Positions 1-13,100 of a stretch of 64,000 nt of DNA are shown here, piece after piece. The stretch is from Strigamia acuminata. Taxonomy: Eukaryota. The stretch covers positions 13,082,001-13,146,000 of the forward strand of contig OX442314.1 of assembly GCA_949358305.1 (NCBI GenBank), given 5' to 3'. The translations under genes and the position numbers were made by a program. The notes under the pieces were generated by a model, which was not told the origin of the DNA, did not search any database, and worked only from the letters and a program-made list of their open reading frames with translations. Positions within the stretch are counted from its first letter, which is position 1. The number at the start of each line of letters is the position of its first letter.

Positions 1-191
1 AATAATACGAAATAAAACAAAAGAAAAACAGAAAACATGCCAGATTAACATTTAATACTTTAATCGCTTGTCATTGTCAAGCAAGTATTTTTTTAAAAGC
101 CCCTCCGCAAAAGCAGAGGTCAATTTCAATGGCGTGACCTTGAATGTGACCCATTTCGCTCGCTGGCTGGTTCATAGTTCCATCGGACGAA

Positions 192-1590
192 ATGAAAAAA
201 TTCGTTTTAGTAGCAGTTTCCAGCACAGCGGTGATTCTCGTCTATTTCATTAGGTTAGTTGTCCAAAAAACAATCCAATAAAGATGAAGAAAAACCTTTG
301 TGTGTTTATTTATGTAGAAAACGTTTGTTTAAACAACCAACGTGGACTGCCCATAATGTGAAGCTGGACGACAAAACAGTCGTCGTAACTGGCAGCAACT
401 GTGGCATCGGGAAAGAGGTTGCCTTGGATTTTGCCCGTAGAGGTTTAAAAGAAATGATTAGATCGGAGAAGTGAATCAATTAATTACGTAATGGATATGG
501 CTGGCATTGATTTTTCAGGAGCTAAAGTCATATTGGCTTGCCGTGATATTGCAAGTGCAAGAAACGTTGCTGCAGAGCTTATGAAAAATACACAGAATTG
601 GAGGATCGTTGCTATGGCTTTGGATTTAGCTGATTTTAAGTCGATACGAAAATTTGTGAAACAACTTAAATGCAGTATGGTGTATTTATAATTTATTTAT
701 TTATTTATTTTTATTTATTTTTATTTTATTTTTTTTTACTAGGGGAGACGAAAATTGACATATTGGTAAATAATGCTGGAGTATTTTATCTGCCTTATTC
801 CGTGACCAAAGATGGATTTGAAACTGTGTTTCAGGTTAATTATATAGGTAGAAAACAGATTTTTTAAACGCATTTGTGTTTAGTTTTATTTTTTATTAAT
901 TTTTTATTGTAGGTCCTTTTCTTTTGACTTTATTGTGCATTGATTTGTTAAAGAACTCCACCAATGGGCAGATAATTAATGTTTCGTCTCACGGCCATCG
1001 TTTATGCGATGAAATTGAATTTACTAATGTAAATTTGCATAAATCTTATGGAAAGTTTAAAGCGTATGCTCAAAGTAAAGCTGCTTTGATTCTCTTCACA
1101 AGGACTTTGAGTCAAAAACTGAAGGGTAAATTAAATATTTACTTTTTTTTTATCTTTTTATTTATTATTTTTATTCATAAAGTTTGTAATTTCAGGCACA
1201 AACATCACGGTGAATGCTGTTAATCCTGGGAATGTAGATTCACAAATGTTCAGGCATTTTCCTGTGCTGAACAATCCGATTTTACGACTCATTCAATGGC
1301 CGACGAGGAAACTCATCTTTAAAAATTGCCAAGATGGCGCGCAAAGCATCATCCATTGTGCCATTGAACCAACTGTTTTAAATAACTCAGGAAAATACTT
1401 CAAGTATATAAAAAAATATAATCTATTTAATTTTATAGTATTTTTAATATCAACATTTTTATTTTAAAGCAATTTTATTGAAGAAGAACCATCATCTTTG
1501 ACAAAAAACCCTGAAATAGCGGAGAAACTGTGGAAACACAGTTTGAGACTCGTAAACCTCCAAGATGAGTTCGAAATCGTTGTAAAATAA
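192..1590 (+). CDS. Retinol dehydrogenase 11/12/13-like short-chain dehydrogenase/reductase (7 exons)
   Basis: Exons 192-253, 318-442, 519-674, 743-847, 913-1125, 1196-1403, 1470-1590 join in frame across GT-AG introns. N-terminal hydrophobic anchor (MKKFVLVAVSSTAVILVYFI), cofactor motif TGSNCGIG, ILVNNAG, INVSS, catalytic YAQSK, VNPG. Confidence 0.92.
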
Positions 1591-1755
1591 GACAGAAATT
1601 CAACATTTTACTGTTTTTTTTAATAATTTTACAATAAAATGACCAATTTGGCTCCTTGGAAAACATAATTCATTAATATGACCAAAATATTTTAAACATC
1701 GTTTACATAAACTCTAAAACGAATTAAATTTGGTTAAACTCGTACTCCACGAGTC

Positions 1756-2408
1756 CTAAATGTGGTTTCCAAGTGATTGCAGTATTCGTGTTAGCAATGC
1801 ATACTTCTCTTCGGGTATTTCTCGCTCGTGGTAGAAAGTCGTAGTAATATTGCTGGAAGATGTCACGGTTCCGGGTGGTTTAGATTTCCCTGATTTGGTC
1901 AGATTGAATTTTTTGTGAGACAATTCCTGTAGCAGAACTCCTTGTTGCGTAACGAGTGCCTCCAAGGAACTCAAGCGGTCTTCAGCTTCCTGCTTTTTCG
2001 CTGCTTCTTGTTCGCGTTTAGCTGCCGCAATTATGTTCTGGCGATACATCTCAGTCATTAAAAACGTTGATCCTACGCTAAAAACCAATCCCTCCGCCCA
2101 AATCGCAGCTCCTAGTTCGGTCGCCTCAACGTCGTTCAATCTTGGTATCTTGGTCGGTTTTCGCAAATCGAGTACCTGCAGCCTCCATCGCACATCCCAC
2201 CAATGATAAACTAGAAATAACGAGCAAAATAAATAAAATAATTCTCGATTTATTCCGTCGTTAATTTACTTTGTGCGGGCGGCATAATTACGTATCGTGT
2301 GAAAAATTTACTGCGTTTGGAAGTTCGCATTATGAGGACATTAAATGGTCTTGAAATTCGAGTTGTGAATAAAACAGCCATTTTTAGCAGTGGAAATATC
2401 GGAGCCAT
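1756..2408 (-). CDS. OPA3-like protein, divergent tandem paralog
   Basis: Exons 2270-2408 and 1756-2210: MAPIFPLLKMAVLFTTRISRPF...FFTRYVIMPPAQ|IYHWWDVRWRL...LNDVEATELGA...EG. Same intron position as the neighbouring copy; C-terminal coiled coil. Confidence 0.85.
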
Positions 2409-2677
2409 TTTTTAAATTTTGCTAAATTTCAAATAAAGCCGAAAAGAAAAATGTCAGAAACGTTTACGCAATAATATCGAAAGTGTGGCAAACTTTTAAT
2501 AATGCACTCAAACCAAGAATGGAAGCAGACTTGATTAATTAAATTGAACAATCGTTTACAAACCATCCGAATACTGAAATGTTTATAATAATTTATGGCC
2601 ATTTAAATTTATATAATACAATAATACAAAACCAAATCAAATAATTACATTTCTATCTAGACTCATTCGTCATTTTA

Positions 2678-3450
2678 TCACAGACTCTTGAAAGTTGATT
2701 GCAGTCCTTTCAATGCGTGAGTTATGAGTCCAACTTTTAGTTCTGGTTGGTTTTCCGCCACTTTTTCCTCCTCGTGTTGTCCATCCACTCGACTGACATC
2801 GGGCAAACTCTTGGACTTTACCGGGCCTCTTTGGGGTATCCAAGGCGGTTTAAATGAAGGAAAATTCCTCCTAGAAAATTGCCTCAGATGGGCCTCCTGT
2901 TCCGTGACTATGTACTCTAATTCGTACAGTCGGTTTTCAAGTTCGGTTAACACACGTTGTTTTTCTGCCTCTTTCGCTGCTTCTTTTCTCGATGAGCGGT
3001 AATATTCTGCCAGTAAACATGCAACACCGACGAGCATTAAGATGCCTTCGCTTAACAGTTCGGCTCCTAATTCTATAGCCATCTGTTCGTTTAGTTTGGG
3101 GACTTCTTCGGGTTTTCCGAAATTCAGCATTCGCATTTTCCATCTCACTTCCATCCAATGGTAAACTGTGACAACGAGAATTAAGAATTAGGTCGTGGAA
3201 ATGATTGAATGGTATTCCGTAGTGCTTCAATTGAGGAAAAACATTTAATTATATGCAATAATAAATACTTAGCGTATCAATTTTTTGTTAGCGGTAACAA
3301 TGAATACTCACGCTGGGCTGGTGGCATTATTATGTAATTTCTGAAAAACTGACTATTCTTCGCTCTCAGTTTCACCTTATTCGCAATGGGCTTGCTAATT
3401 TGTCGCACAACTAAAATTAAAAGTTTCGCTGCTGGAAAAGCATGAGCCAT
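2678..3450 (-). CDS. OPA3: Optic atrophy 3 protein homolog (canonical copy)
   Basis: Exons 3312-3450 and 2678-3165: [27 protein letters not shown]...[26 protein letters not shown]...[17 protein letters not shown]...EYYRSS, matching the OPA3 family signature. Confidence 0.93.
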
Positions 3451-4100
3451 GTTTGTTTCGTCAAGAAGATGATCATAACGCGCCCTCTATATACCAAAAA
3501 TAAATACAACCCTTTCAAAAATCGGTTTTTCCTTTTTTGAAATAAGAAAACAAAAATTTTTAAAAATAAAAATTAAACGAATTAATTTTTTTTTTTAAAT
3601 AAAAAATTTAAAATTCAAAAACGAATATTTTTTAATGTTAAAAAAAAAACAAAACAAAAAAAAAAAAAATGTTTTTTTAGTCATAAAATTCGATTAAAGT
3701 TTTATTTTTTTTATTTTAAACATTTAATTTGCTTTTATTATTAAAAAAAAATTAGAAATAAAAGTGTTTAGCTGAAGCGCCGTTGCAAGCCCTTTTTCAA
3801 CAACGCCTCTTTACAAAATGGTGCAGTCCATAGCCAAGACTTGGCCGCGCTGTGTTCCATTGATCAATAGTGATCCAGCACCTCAGCGCCGCAAACCGTA
3901 GCGTGGTAATTTATTCGACGGGCTACGCCGTCAACATATTTTGTTTGCTAGCCAACAAACTCGTATTACTAGTGTGAGGTGAAGATGTTAGCAATTGATT
4001 ACTTGCAGCGGCATGTTGTGCGGTGAAGTCGACATGGTCAAATCCAGCCGAACCTTAATTTAAACCTGCGTCGAAGCTCAACGACGGCGTGTGTTCTCAC

Positions 4101-7100
4101 ATGGCTCAAGTTCAAGGTAGGAACGAGAAAGGGATATCCACCTTCGCAGTAGATCAAAAATCACTTCTCCCGACTTGTTTTCTCTCTTTTACCATCTAAT
4201 AATATAACAAACACCTATTTCGACACTGTCAACACCCATTTTCCCATCTGTCCACTCTGTTCTTTACCTTTTATTAATATTTAATTAATTACAACGATCG
4301 ATTAGAATTGGTCTGCTCCGCAACACCTGTCATTGTTTTCCGTGCGTCTGTTTCTGTTTCAACATTCAATTTACGTTGTCGTTTTTTAATTTTTATTTAT
4401 TTTTAAGAAGTGATTCAATTTAATTGGAAAAACATTTTTTTTAATTGAAAATACTGGAAATGTAGACAGCTGGGGATCGTATTACAGGTGTTATTTTATT
4501 ATTCGGTCTAAAATGTTGACATTTTAGATCAAAAAAACAAACATTCTGTTATAAATCGACAATAATAAAAGCAGCTAAACGAGCGCTAGTCTGTAGTTAG
4601 ACACAGCATAAAACTACTTGAAATGGGCCGTAAAATTACAGTTAATTTACAGTTTGTGTGTTTTTTCTGGCCTTAAATGTACTTTTTTTTACGCATTTGA
4701 TTATGAATTTTGAAATTAAATACATTAGTGTGGGCAAAACTAAAAGGTGGGGAGTGGGGTGTTGGGAAAAGGCGAAGGTGAGATCCATTGTTATTGTTAT
4801 TAATGTGACAGTTTGTAAATTGATCACGAAACTCTGGCCACTTGTGCGTGTGATTAAATTTAATCGTTGATTGGTGTTATTAAGAAGGTGTGTCACGTTT
4901 AAACGGATATTCTCCATTTGAAGGAAATTTCGGGCGAAAGGAATCCGCTCGTTTGAGGTGGATTATTCTGGAGAGCATTAGCTTTTCTTTTTTTTTTTAC
5001 TGCGCATGTGCAGGAAATAAGTAACGTTTTCAGCATTTTGCGACCGATGCAATTCGTTTTAAATATTTATCGATACTGGATTGAAACAGTTTCCATAAAA
5101 TCTTGAGTAAGCATTAAATTGGAACGATGGAGAGGATTTATTTGTATTTATTTAAATTCTTTGTTTACGCAATGTAGAGAACTGTGCGGTCGCCGCCATG
5201 TTCATTTTTATAAAAAAAAAATCCAATCTGCAATGAATTTTATGAATGTAAACACTCGTTCGAATGGTTTCTCGCTGAAATTTTGCGATACGATAGAATT
5301 TCCTGGTATTTTAGGATCGATAAATTGTCAAAAATGATGATTGCTTAATGCTAGAATGTGATTATCGTATTAATCATTCGCTACGTGGAATAGATCAGTC
5401 ATTTAAAGTGACTGATCTATTCATGCAAAAGTGTTTCTTTTGTTGATCGAAAATGATTCCCGATAAGTAATTTAATTTTTTTTTATCCATACGATATTGC
5501 ACTGTCATCGAGTGACGAATTTTATTTCACTTGGTGAAATTGAATGGGCGTTAAAAAAAAAATTTGCCAAATTTCATGCCACCTGGCGTGATGGAAAATA
5601 ATGATTTTTTTTTCTTTTTAAAGCGAATATCACGATTTCGTGTCGGTGTGAAATGAATGACAATTATCGTGATTAGATTTTGTCTGTTGGTGGGTGGGAA
5701 AACTATTATCAAAAGAAGGAAATTGATATCTTTCAAGTGGGGAGTTTTTGAGTTGAGTAAATGGAAAAGAAAAATCTCCGCCAGAAGGCGGGCTGCTTTC
5801 TAGGCACACACACGAATGATGTGGGGAAAGCTATACACAACACCTGCGATCTTAAACGGATTGGAATGGAAAATTTTCATTTTTTTGTTTTTTAAAAATA
5901 AAAAATTTTATTTTTATTTTTAAAAAAAATTAAGAAATATAAATAAATAAATTTCTTTTTTTTTAAATTGAAATTTACTCCGGTATTTTTCTATTTGAAC
6001 GGTTGGGATGATTTGTCGATGATTTTCTTTTGATGTTACGTACACATAAATAAGTGTTCTTTCGTCTTGAAATATCCGATGCCCTTATTAGAGCCTGCGA
6101 CCCGTATCGAGGTAAGAAGGACCATCGCAGAATGCAAAATGAGTGTATACGGAGGAGGAAAATGCAATATTTAGGCGTATGTCGCATGAACAAGTAAGTT
6201 GGCGTAGATAAAAATCAATTTGATTTTTTTTTTGCTTGTCGCACAATGGCTTAAAGTATTATCTCTACGGGGTAATTTTGCAGAACGTTTCAAGATTTTT
6301 ATACAACCATTTGCCCTTTAGTGTACAATTTTTGTAATGAACCAACGGGCAGTTTACTGCCTATTTTGCGGTTATAAACCGATCTGATTGGCTCTATGGA
6401 TGGCCAAAGTTTTGGCTCTAAACACGCTCTATCTTCGACCAGGGCAATTTCACAGCTGATGTTCTTGACTTTGTCAAGAGTTTGCAGATCCATTACTGTT
6501 TCTCCGCTTTTATACCATCGTACTTTGGGTGGGATTTTCAAATTAATAACGTTGAAATTTATTATAGTGGATACCGGTACATGAAATATTATAAACAATA
6601 AACACGTAAAAATCGTGGCGAGCACAACTGTTGACGAATCAAGTCATAACTATAACATGTTATAGTACGACACAATAATGCTTCAATGCTAAAGTTTCGT
6701 TTTGATTCGTCAACAGTTATGCTCGCCACGATTTTTCGAAAAATAGTTGTTGTCTACCCCTTTACATAGCTCCATTACGCCTTTTTTTGAGGGCTTTGGA
6801 GACCCATACATCCAATTTAGAAAAGATACCTGGGATGTAGACGGTCTCAAATCTGTTTAGTTTTTAATTTTATCTCATTCTGTTCACAAGTTATGAGAAA
6901 TATTGTAAATAGTCACTTTTTGGAGTTTTTAAGTTTTTTCTTTTCAACAATTCATTTTTTTTCAAAAAACTTTTAACAAAATGACTGCTAAAACAATCCA
7001 ACAATGCAATGCGCAGCAACATTGCGTTACGTTACTTCCTAGTGTGAACACAAGTGTGAACCAACCTTAACAATCCTTTAAATCCTCCTAAAACTATTTT

Positions 7101-10100
7101 TACTTATGAGAAATAGTTTCTGAGAAATTTCAAATATTAAAAGTTCCAAAAATAGGAATATGACATTTTTTTGGCAAGGAGTTGTATTTTGCTAATTTGC
7201 TGTAAAAAAAATTAAAATCTGCACATTTTGCGATGTAAACTTTGCTTCATGTCAGTCATGATAAATTAGAAATATTGGTATACCGACATCCGATACCGAT
7301 AGAATATGTATTAGCCACCGACTGAAACCGATATCAAACCCTAATTCACACATGAAGTAAGGTAAACAATTGCCTATTCCAGAACCTAATTTGGTAATAT
7401 TAGGTAGGAAACTTATGGCCAGGGCCAACCAATCACTGTGGAATGTGCAGTCTGGGCTGTGGTGGATTAGAACTCTCTGGGGTGCCGAGTATGCACTTTG
7501 GGGGCCCCATAGTCAGATCGGTTATAGAAAATGTTCTTTTTATGTGCTTAGGTGAGAGAATGGGCCACTTAAGCAAGAAAATCACGCTTTTTTGAGTGAA
7601 AAATTAATTAATGGCAATTTTTTTTTTATAAAGGGTGGAAGACTGGGGCCTTATATCTTGGGAAATTGCTCGTGTATTGTTACATATTGTGTTTCTTCTT
7701 GTAGGGGGTGAACATACCTTCAAGTTGTAGAGATTCGTGTTGTTGATTCTGATTGGTAGTTGGCTAGTAACTGACTAAATGCTGCAGTTAGATGCGAACA
7801 GAATGTGGCATTGCGTTGCCTTCACTTTGGTCTTGCTTTATTACAGTTTGAAAATCGATAGGATCAAACCAAGTTTTATCCTGTTGGTGAGTATTTACTC
7901 ACTTCCGTTACCGCTAAGACCAATTACAGTATTTAGAGCAATAAACCAATTTCCTGATAAAATTTAGGAGATGTTTAACCTGATCAGGAAATGGCAATTT
8001 ACATGGTAAATGTTTTCCAGGTATCTGAGAAAATCGCTCGTGTTTTCTTTCTGGTAAACATGGAATTTGCACATTAATTAACGTTCGCTTATAAGTAGAC
8101 CCCGGATATATATGCAAAATAAATTTCGTTATATGCGCATATAATATGCAAAATAAATTTCGTTATATGCGCATATAATATGCACCAAAAATTCCAATAT
8201 ATGCAAAAAAAAAAAAAGAAATAATATTTGTTATCAAACCGAGGAATACATTATTTTTATTTATACTCTATCCTATTTTTGTGCCATTTTAACTAAGTAT
8301 GGCACTTTTATGGATGCACGAGTGTTTACATTGCAAAACACCCAAGAATCTTCTTTTTCGGTGAGCTTTAGCTAAGTCCTTTGGGTAAAAGGTAAAGAAG
8401 GGTTCTGGGCTATTTTTTAGGGTGATTTATATTATTTTTGAATTGTATATGCATTGGTTTGGTAGATTTTGTTTGGTACATCAATATTTCTTTTTCCTGA
8501 GTTGAGAATTTCTCCTATGTCTAGAGTCTTTGTTTGATTTATGTTAGCTTGTGGAGACAGCATTGTACATTTTATTCTAGTCTAGGGCACTCTTGAGCCT
8601 TATTCTGGGCGTATAAATCACTCATCCATCTCTGTTGGTGTTGATAATGTAATTGGGTGTGGTTCTTGTTGTATCCATTCATTTACTTTAAAGCTCATTT
8701 CTCTCTTAGCTTTTCACAAACTGAAGTTTTGAAGCCTGTTTTAGTGTTATATGCCATAATTGATAAGTCGTTCTACAACTGTACCTAATTTGTTGTTATG
8801 GTTGTATGAAAGAAGGGCTTTAAGCCTTATTTCCATAGAAATGCATTATTTCTAGAGGACAATAAAGTTGAACATTGCCCGGACGCCGGCAGCAGCAATT
8901 ATGGTCATACGCGACGACTACCAAGTGAAAATTGCTGGATCTAGGGAAGGCAAAAGCCGGGAAAAGAAGCGATAAAAACTAGAAGTTTTGATCCCCCGGC
9001 ACGCAAAAAGCAAGTAGGAATGTAGGAATGTGGGAAAAAATGTGCGAGGAGTGGATTTAAATCAGAAGCAGAACACTCGCTTTGCTTCCATGGGCTAAGA
9101 ACAACCACAAGGAGGTGGAGAGATGGATGACACAATGGAATTGATGTCTCTTTGTTCCTTATCTATGTTGGTTGATCTTTGCAGTTGATGATTTTCGTTA
9201 ATTGGCTTTTATTCTCTGCATATTGGATTGATCAATCTTGGGTTTTGATGTGTGGAAGACTCGGAAATGCGCCTGGAGAATTATTGCTTTTGCAGTTCGA
9301 CTGAAATTGGATTGAAATTTGGCTACACACATTGAACTTGTTCATTTCCAACACTTTTCTGATGGAATTTTTTTTTTTTTTTGATTTTTATGGAATTTAC
9401 AAGTTACCGAGATTGTAGGGGGGTTTCATCCATATGGATTAAATCCAATGTCATCCATCTTGAAGATACCGCTGGCTCTGGTCTATAACCTACAGTCTCT
9501 TGATGTCAAATTAAAGCACAAAGTTCCATTTTTTGCACACGAAAATACAAAAGTTTAACATTGTTTATTTAACACAAGCAAGTAGTAAGCACATTCATAA
9601 ATGTACGTGTAATACCCTGTTTACATCAAGATTTTGGATCTCGTCCGGTGTTGCTGGTGTGGATCCATTATTGGTGTGAACACTGATCCCAGTTTACGGA
9701 TCTAGATCTGTGTGCCCAACAACTACAAGCGCTGAGTGTCATTATCAGTTATTATTGCTAAAAATCTTGTATTTGTAAGTGCAGACAGGGATTTTTCGGT
9801 TTGATTTTGCCATTAATATCCTGGGCACAGACTATCACAACATCTGGGAATGCAGAAAGAGTGAGGGAAACTGAAGGGACGGCATTACCAAGTACCTCAC
9901 CTTATAAATTTTTTAGCTGCCCAGGATGACACACACAAAAATTGTTTGTCTGTGGAATCCAGAATGCTGTGTAAAGCAAATCCTTATTACGAGTGCAAAA
10001 ATCATGAATTGACTCAGAGCTGAAAAGATTTTGTTGTTTACACAGAATTCAGTTTCTTTAAAAATAGATTGCGTGTTTCAAGTTTTCAACCCTTCGATAC

Positions 10101-13100
10101 AACAATGTAATAACAAAATGATTTGTGTATATGTGCAGCGAAATTTCCTTCATCTATTTGAGGAAAGTTTTGAGTGTTTTGCTTGTTTAGTTTTTGTTGC
10201 ATTTAAGGAATGAATTGTTGAAGTTGTTGGTGTTGTTTTTACCGTTCAGTTCAATGTTGGGTTAATTACTTTGTGTTTTTCGTTTGAAATAGCTTGAGGT
10301 TGATTTGTACACTGATTATTGTAATTTTATTATAACTCTTGTCCTTGTTATGTCTTGCTAAGTAATTTAATTGTTAATTTTTTTTTATCTCTTAAAATCC
10401 AATTACTGTTTGCTTCACAGCGTTTTGTTGTGTTATCGATTTTTGTTTAATTCTAATTTTTATTTCTAAAAGAACATAAAGGTTTTAGTAAAGCAGTTTG
10501 TCGGCGGAGATAAAATTGACCATTGTGGTGTACTAGCACCACAAGAAAAATAGGCCCAATGTTAGACTCGACCATGACAATAGATGTCTCAGTGCTTGGG
10601 TCAATGGCATATAACTTGGCAAAAGTTGGAGGGCTTACCATTAAACGCCACACACGATTACATGGCAAAAACAAAGCACTTTTGACGCTAAGTTCAACTC
10701 GATTGAATTGGGGAACAAGCTAAACTTGAGACTGCAACTTCAACAAGTACAGGAACAGGGAAAGCAAGAAAAGATGCACTAAAACGTGCATCAGATGGGG
10801 AAAAGATGCAACTATTATGCCTGCATCTTTTTCCCACCTGATTGATGTGCATTAATAAATAATGATAAGTAATAAGTGTTTATTTTCCAACAATTTGGAG
10901 GGTGTCCCACAACAGCAGCCAAGGCCTACAAGGAGAGATAAGGAGGATTAACACCTACAAATTGAGGATCCTTCAACAATCTAAACTTGATGTTGGCCAT
11001 GGCTACTACAGTAGAGCATCGATTGTCGGAACACCGGATGTACATGATTTTCACCTATTTCTAATCGGTTTTTAATGTTTTTTGATGATTTTTATCCATT
11101 TTTGGTCAGTTTTAATTGCTTTTTAACTATATTTAGTGACATTTTATCTTCATATGTACAGTATGTGCATAAACCTAATGTTTGATTATGCGAACAAATC
11201 GGTTTTATGAACACCTATGTCTTCCAATTAGTTCGGATAATCGATGCTCTACTGTAGTAGACTTTTGCTGTTTGTGGCAGATGTGAGGTCAAAATAAAAA
11301 AATCATTGCGGCATGATTCATGTATCATTTTTGACAAGCAAGACGCAGTAAAGTCTAATTTTCTTTTGAGCTTTTTTGGGGGCGAATGATTTGTTTTTCT
11401 TCAAATAATAGCAAGTCTCCTTTAATGTATTTTTTTCTATGACAATTTTCTATGACAATTTTCTTCGAGAAATAAAAAAACAGTCGCCAACGAATGCTTC
11501 AGAAGTAAATAAACTGTCATCCCCAGAAGTAGACTGCGCCAGAGATTTTGATGCTTTTATCAGTGTACTGGGGATACAGTGCCGCGTGCCGCTCCAATGC
11601 TACACTTCGGGGTGGACAAAGTGCAGCCTGCGGGTGCTTACTCTATGGCTCAATAAAAGATGTACGATTTGAAATTTTTGTTGAAATATACAGTAGCTGC
11701 AAGCAGCGCGTACAGAACAGTGGCACCCAGAAAGGGCCCTCACAAAGGGAATGTATAATTAGTCTAGTAGTGTAATATCTTGTTTACACCAAGGTTTTGG
11801 ATCTCAATCGAAGCTGCAGATATAGAGCTATGATCGGTTTGAACACTGATCTCGGTTCATGGATCTAGATCCGTGTGCCCAACAACTTCGTTCGCCAATC
11901 GAGTTCCCACAACTCGGTTCGACGATTGGATCCGGATTGGAAACAGACTGTGCAGGCACAAGTCTGTAGCTTTCCATTGTTCGCACAATTCGATAACAAA
12001 ATCCAAAAACTGTTTCGTGTATTTGTACATTTAGATTTTAGAATTAGTATATTTAAAATAAATTAAAAAAATTAATTAATAACACTGAAAATGAATAAAT
12101 TCGGCAAATGTTGTAACGAGGTGTTTCTAAAACCTGTTGCTACTAAAACCCGGTTTTGTTTGATTGAATCAACTGTTTGGTGTGAACACAACATAATCTG
12201 GGTGAATATTGGAACTCGGTTCAGTTGGATCTGATCGGGTGAATCAGATCCAGCCAAACTATATCCGTTGGTGTAAACAAGGTATAATGCTTAGCATAGT
12301 CACAGCTCCTTGCTCACACCAAGGTTTTGGATCTCATCCGAAGCTGCAGATGTAGATTCATTATTGATGTGAACAGTGAACACTGATCTCTGTTCATGGA
12401 TCTAGATCCGCTTGTCCTCAACTCCATTCGCTAATCGAGTTCACACAACTCGATTTGACGATTGGATCCGGATTGGATTCTAATTCGGATAGGTGTTGAC
12501 GTTGACTTGTACTTGTACAGTCGTGCAAGCACAAGTCTCTTTCTACCGGTTGTAAGAACACATGGTGATTTTTTTTTTAAATGGCAGCATGAAATACAAG
12601 AAACCAGCAAAGAGTTTGGTCATTAAATACAGTTTGAAAAAATTATTGTTTATTGGTCACGTTGATTTATTAATTGAATCAACTTTGGTGTGAACACAAC
12701 AGAATCTGGGTGAATATTGGAACTCCGTTCAGTTGGATCCGATCGGGCAGATCAAATCCAGCCAAACTAAATCCGTTGGTATAAACATGATATGTCAGGG
12801 GTCGACAAATACCAGGCACCAGGTCGCCATGGCGCCTAAAAATTCTTGTCTGGCACCTAGGTTTTCAAAAATTTAAAATGAAATAAATGCGCCTGAGAAA
12901 AGGGGGTAGAATTCTGAAATATTTTTAGTCGACCCCTGCCATAAGTAGAGTCCTAGTCTGGGGATTTAAGCTAGACCATACAAGTCACGATCCTGGGACG
13001 GCTTTCTTAAGGACCATCCCTGAATTTACACTGTGAACTTGGAAAACCACAGAAAACCCAGTTGTAGGTGGGTGTCGTAGAAACATATCAGATACGGTTG

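Noticed and set aside
6299..6625. 108-aa ORF with weak resemblance (LEPKLWP) to LINE ORF1 tails
   Set aside because: One weak motif, GTG start inside an inverted repeat, no RT nearby.
8270..8860. Possible retroelement remnant (T-skewed composition)
   Set aside because: No RT or endonuclease motif could be recovered in any frame.
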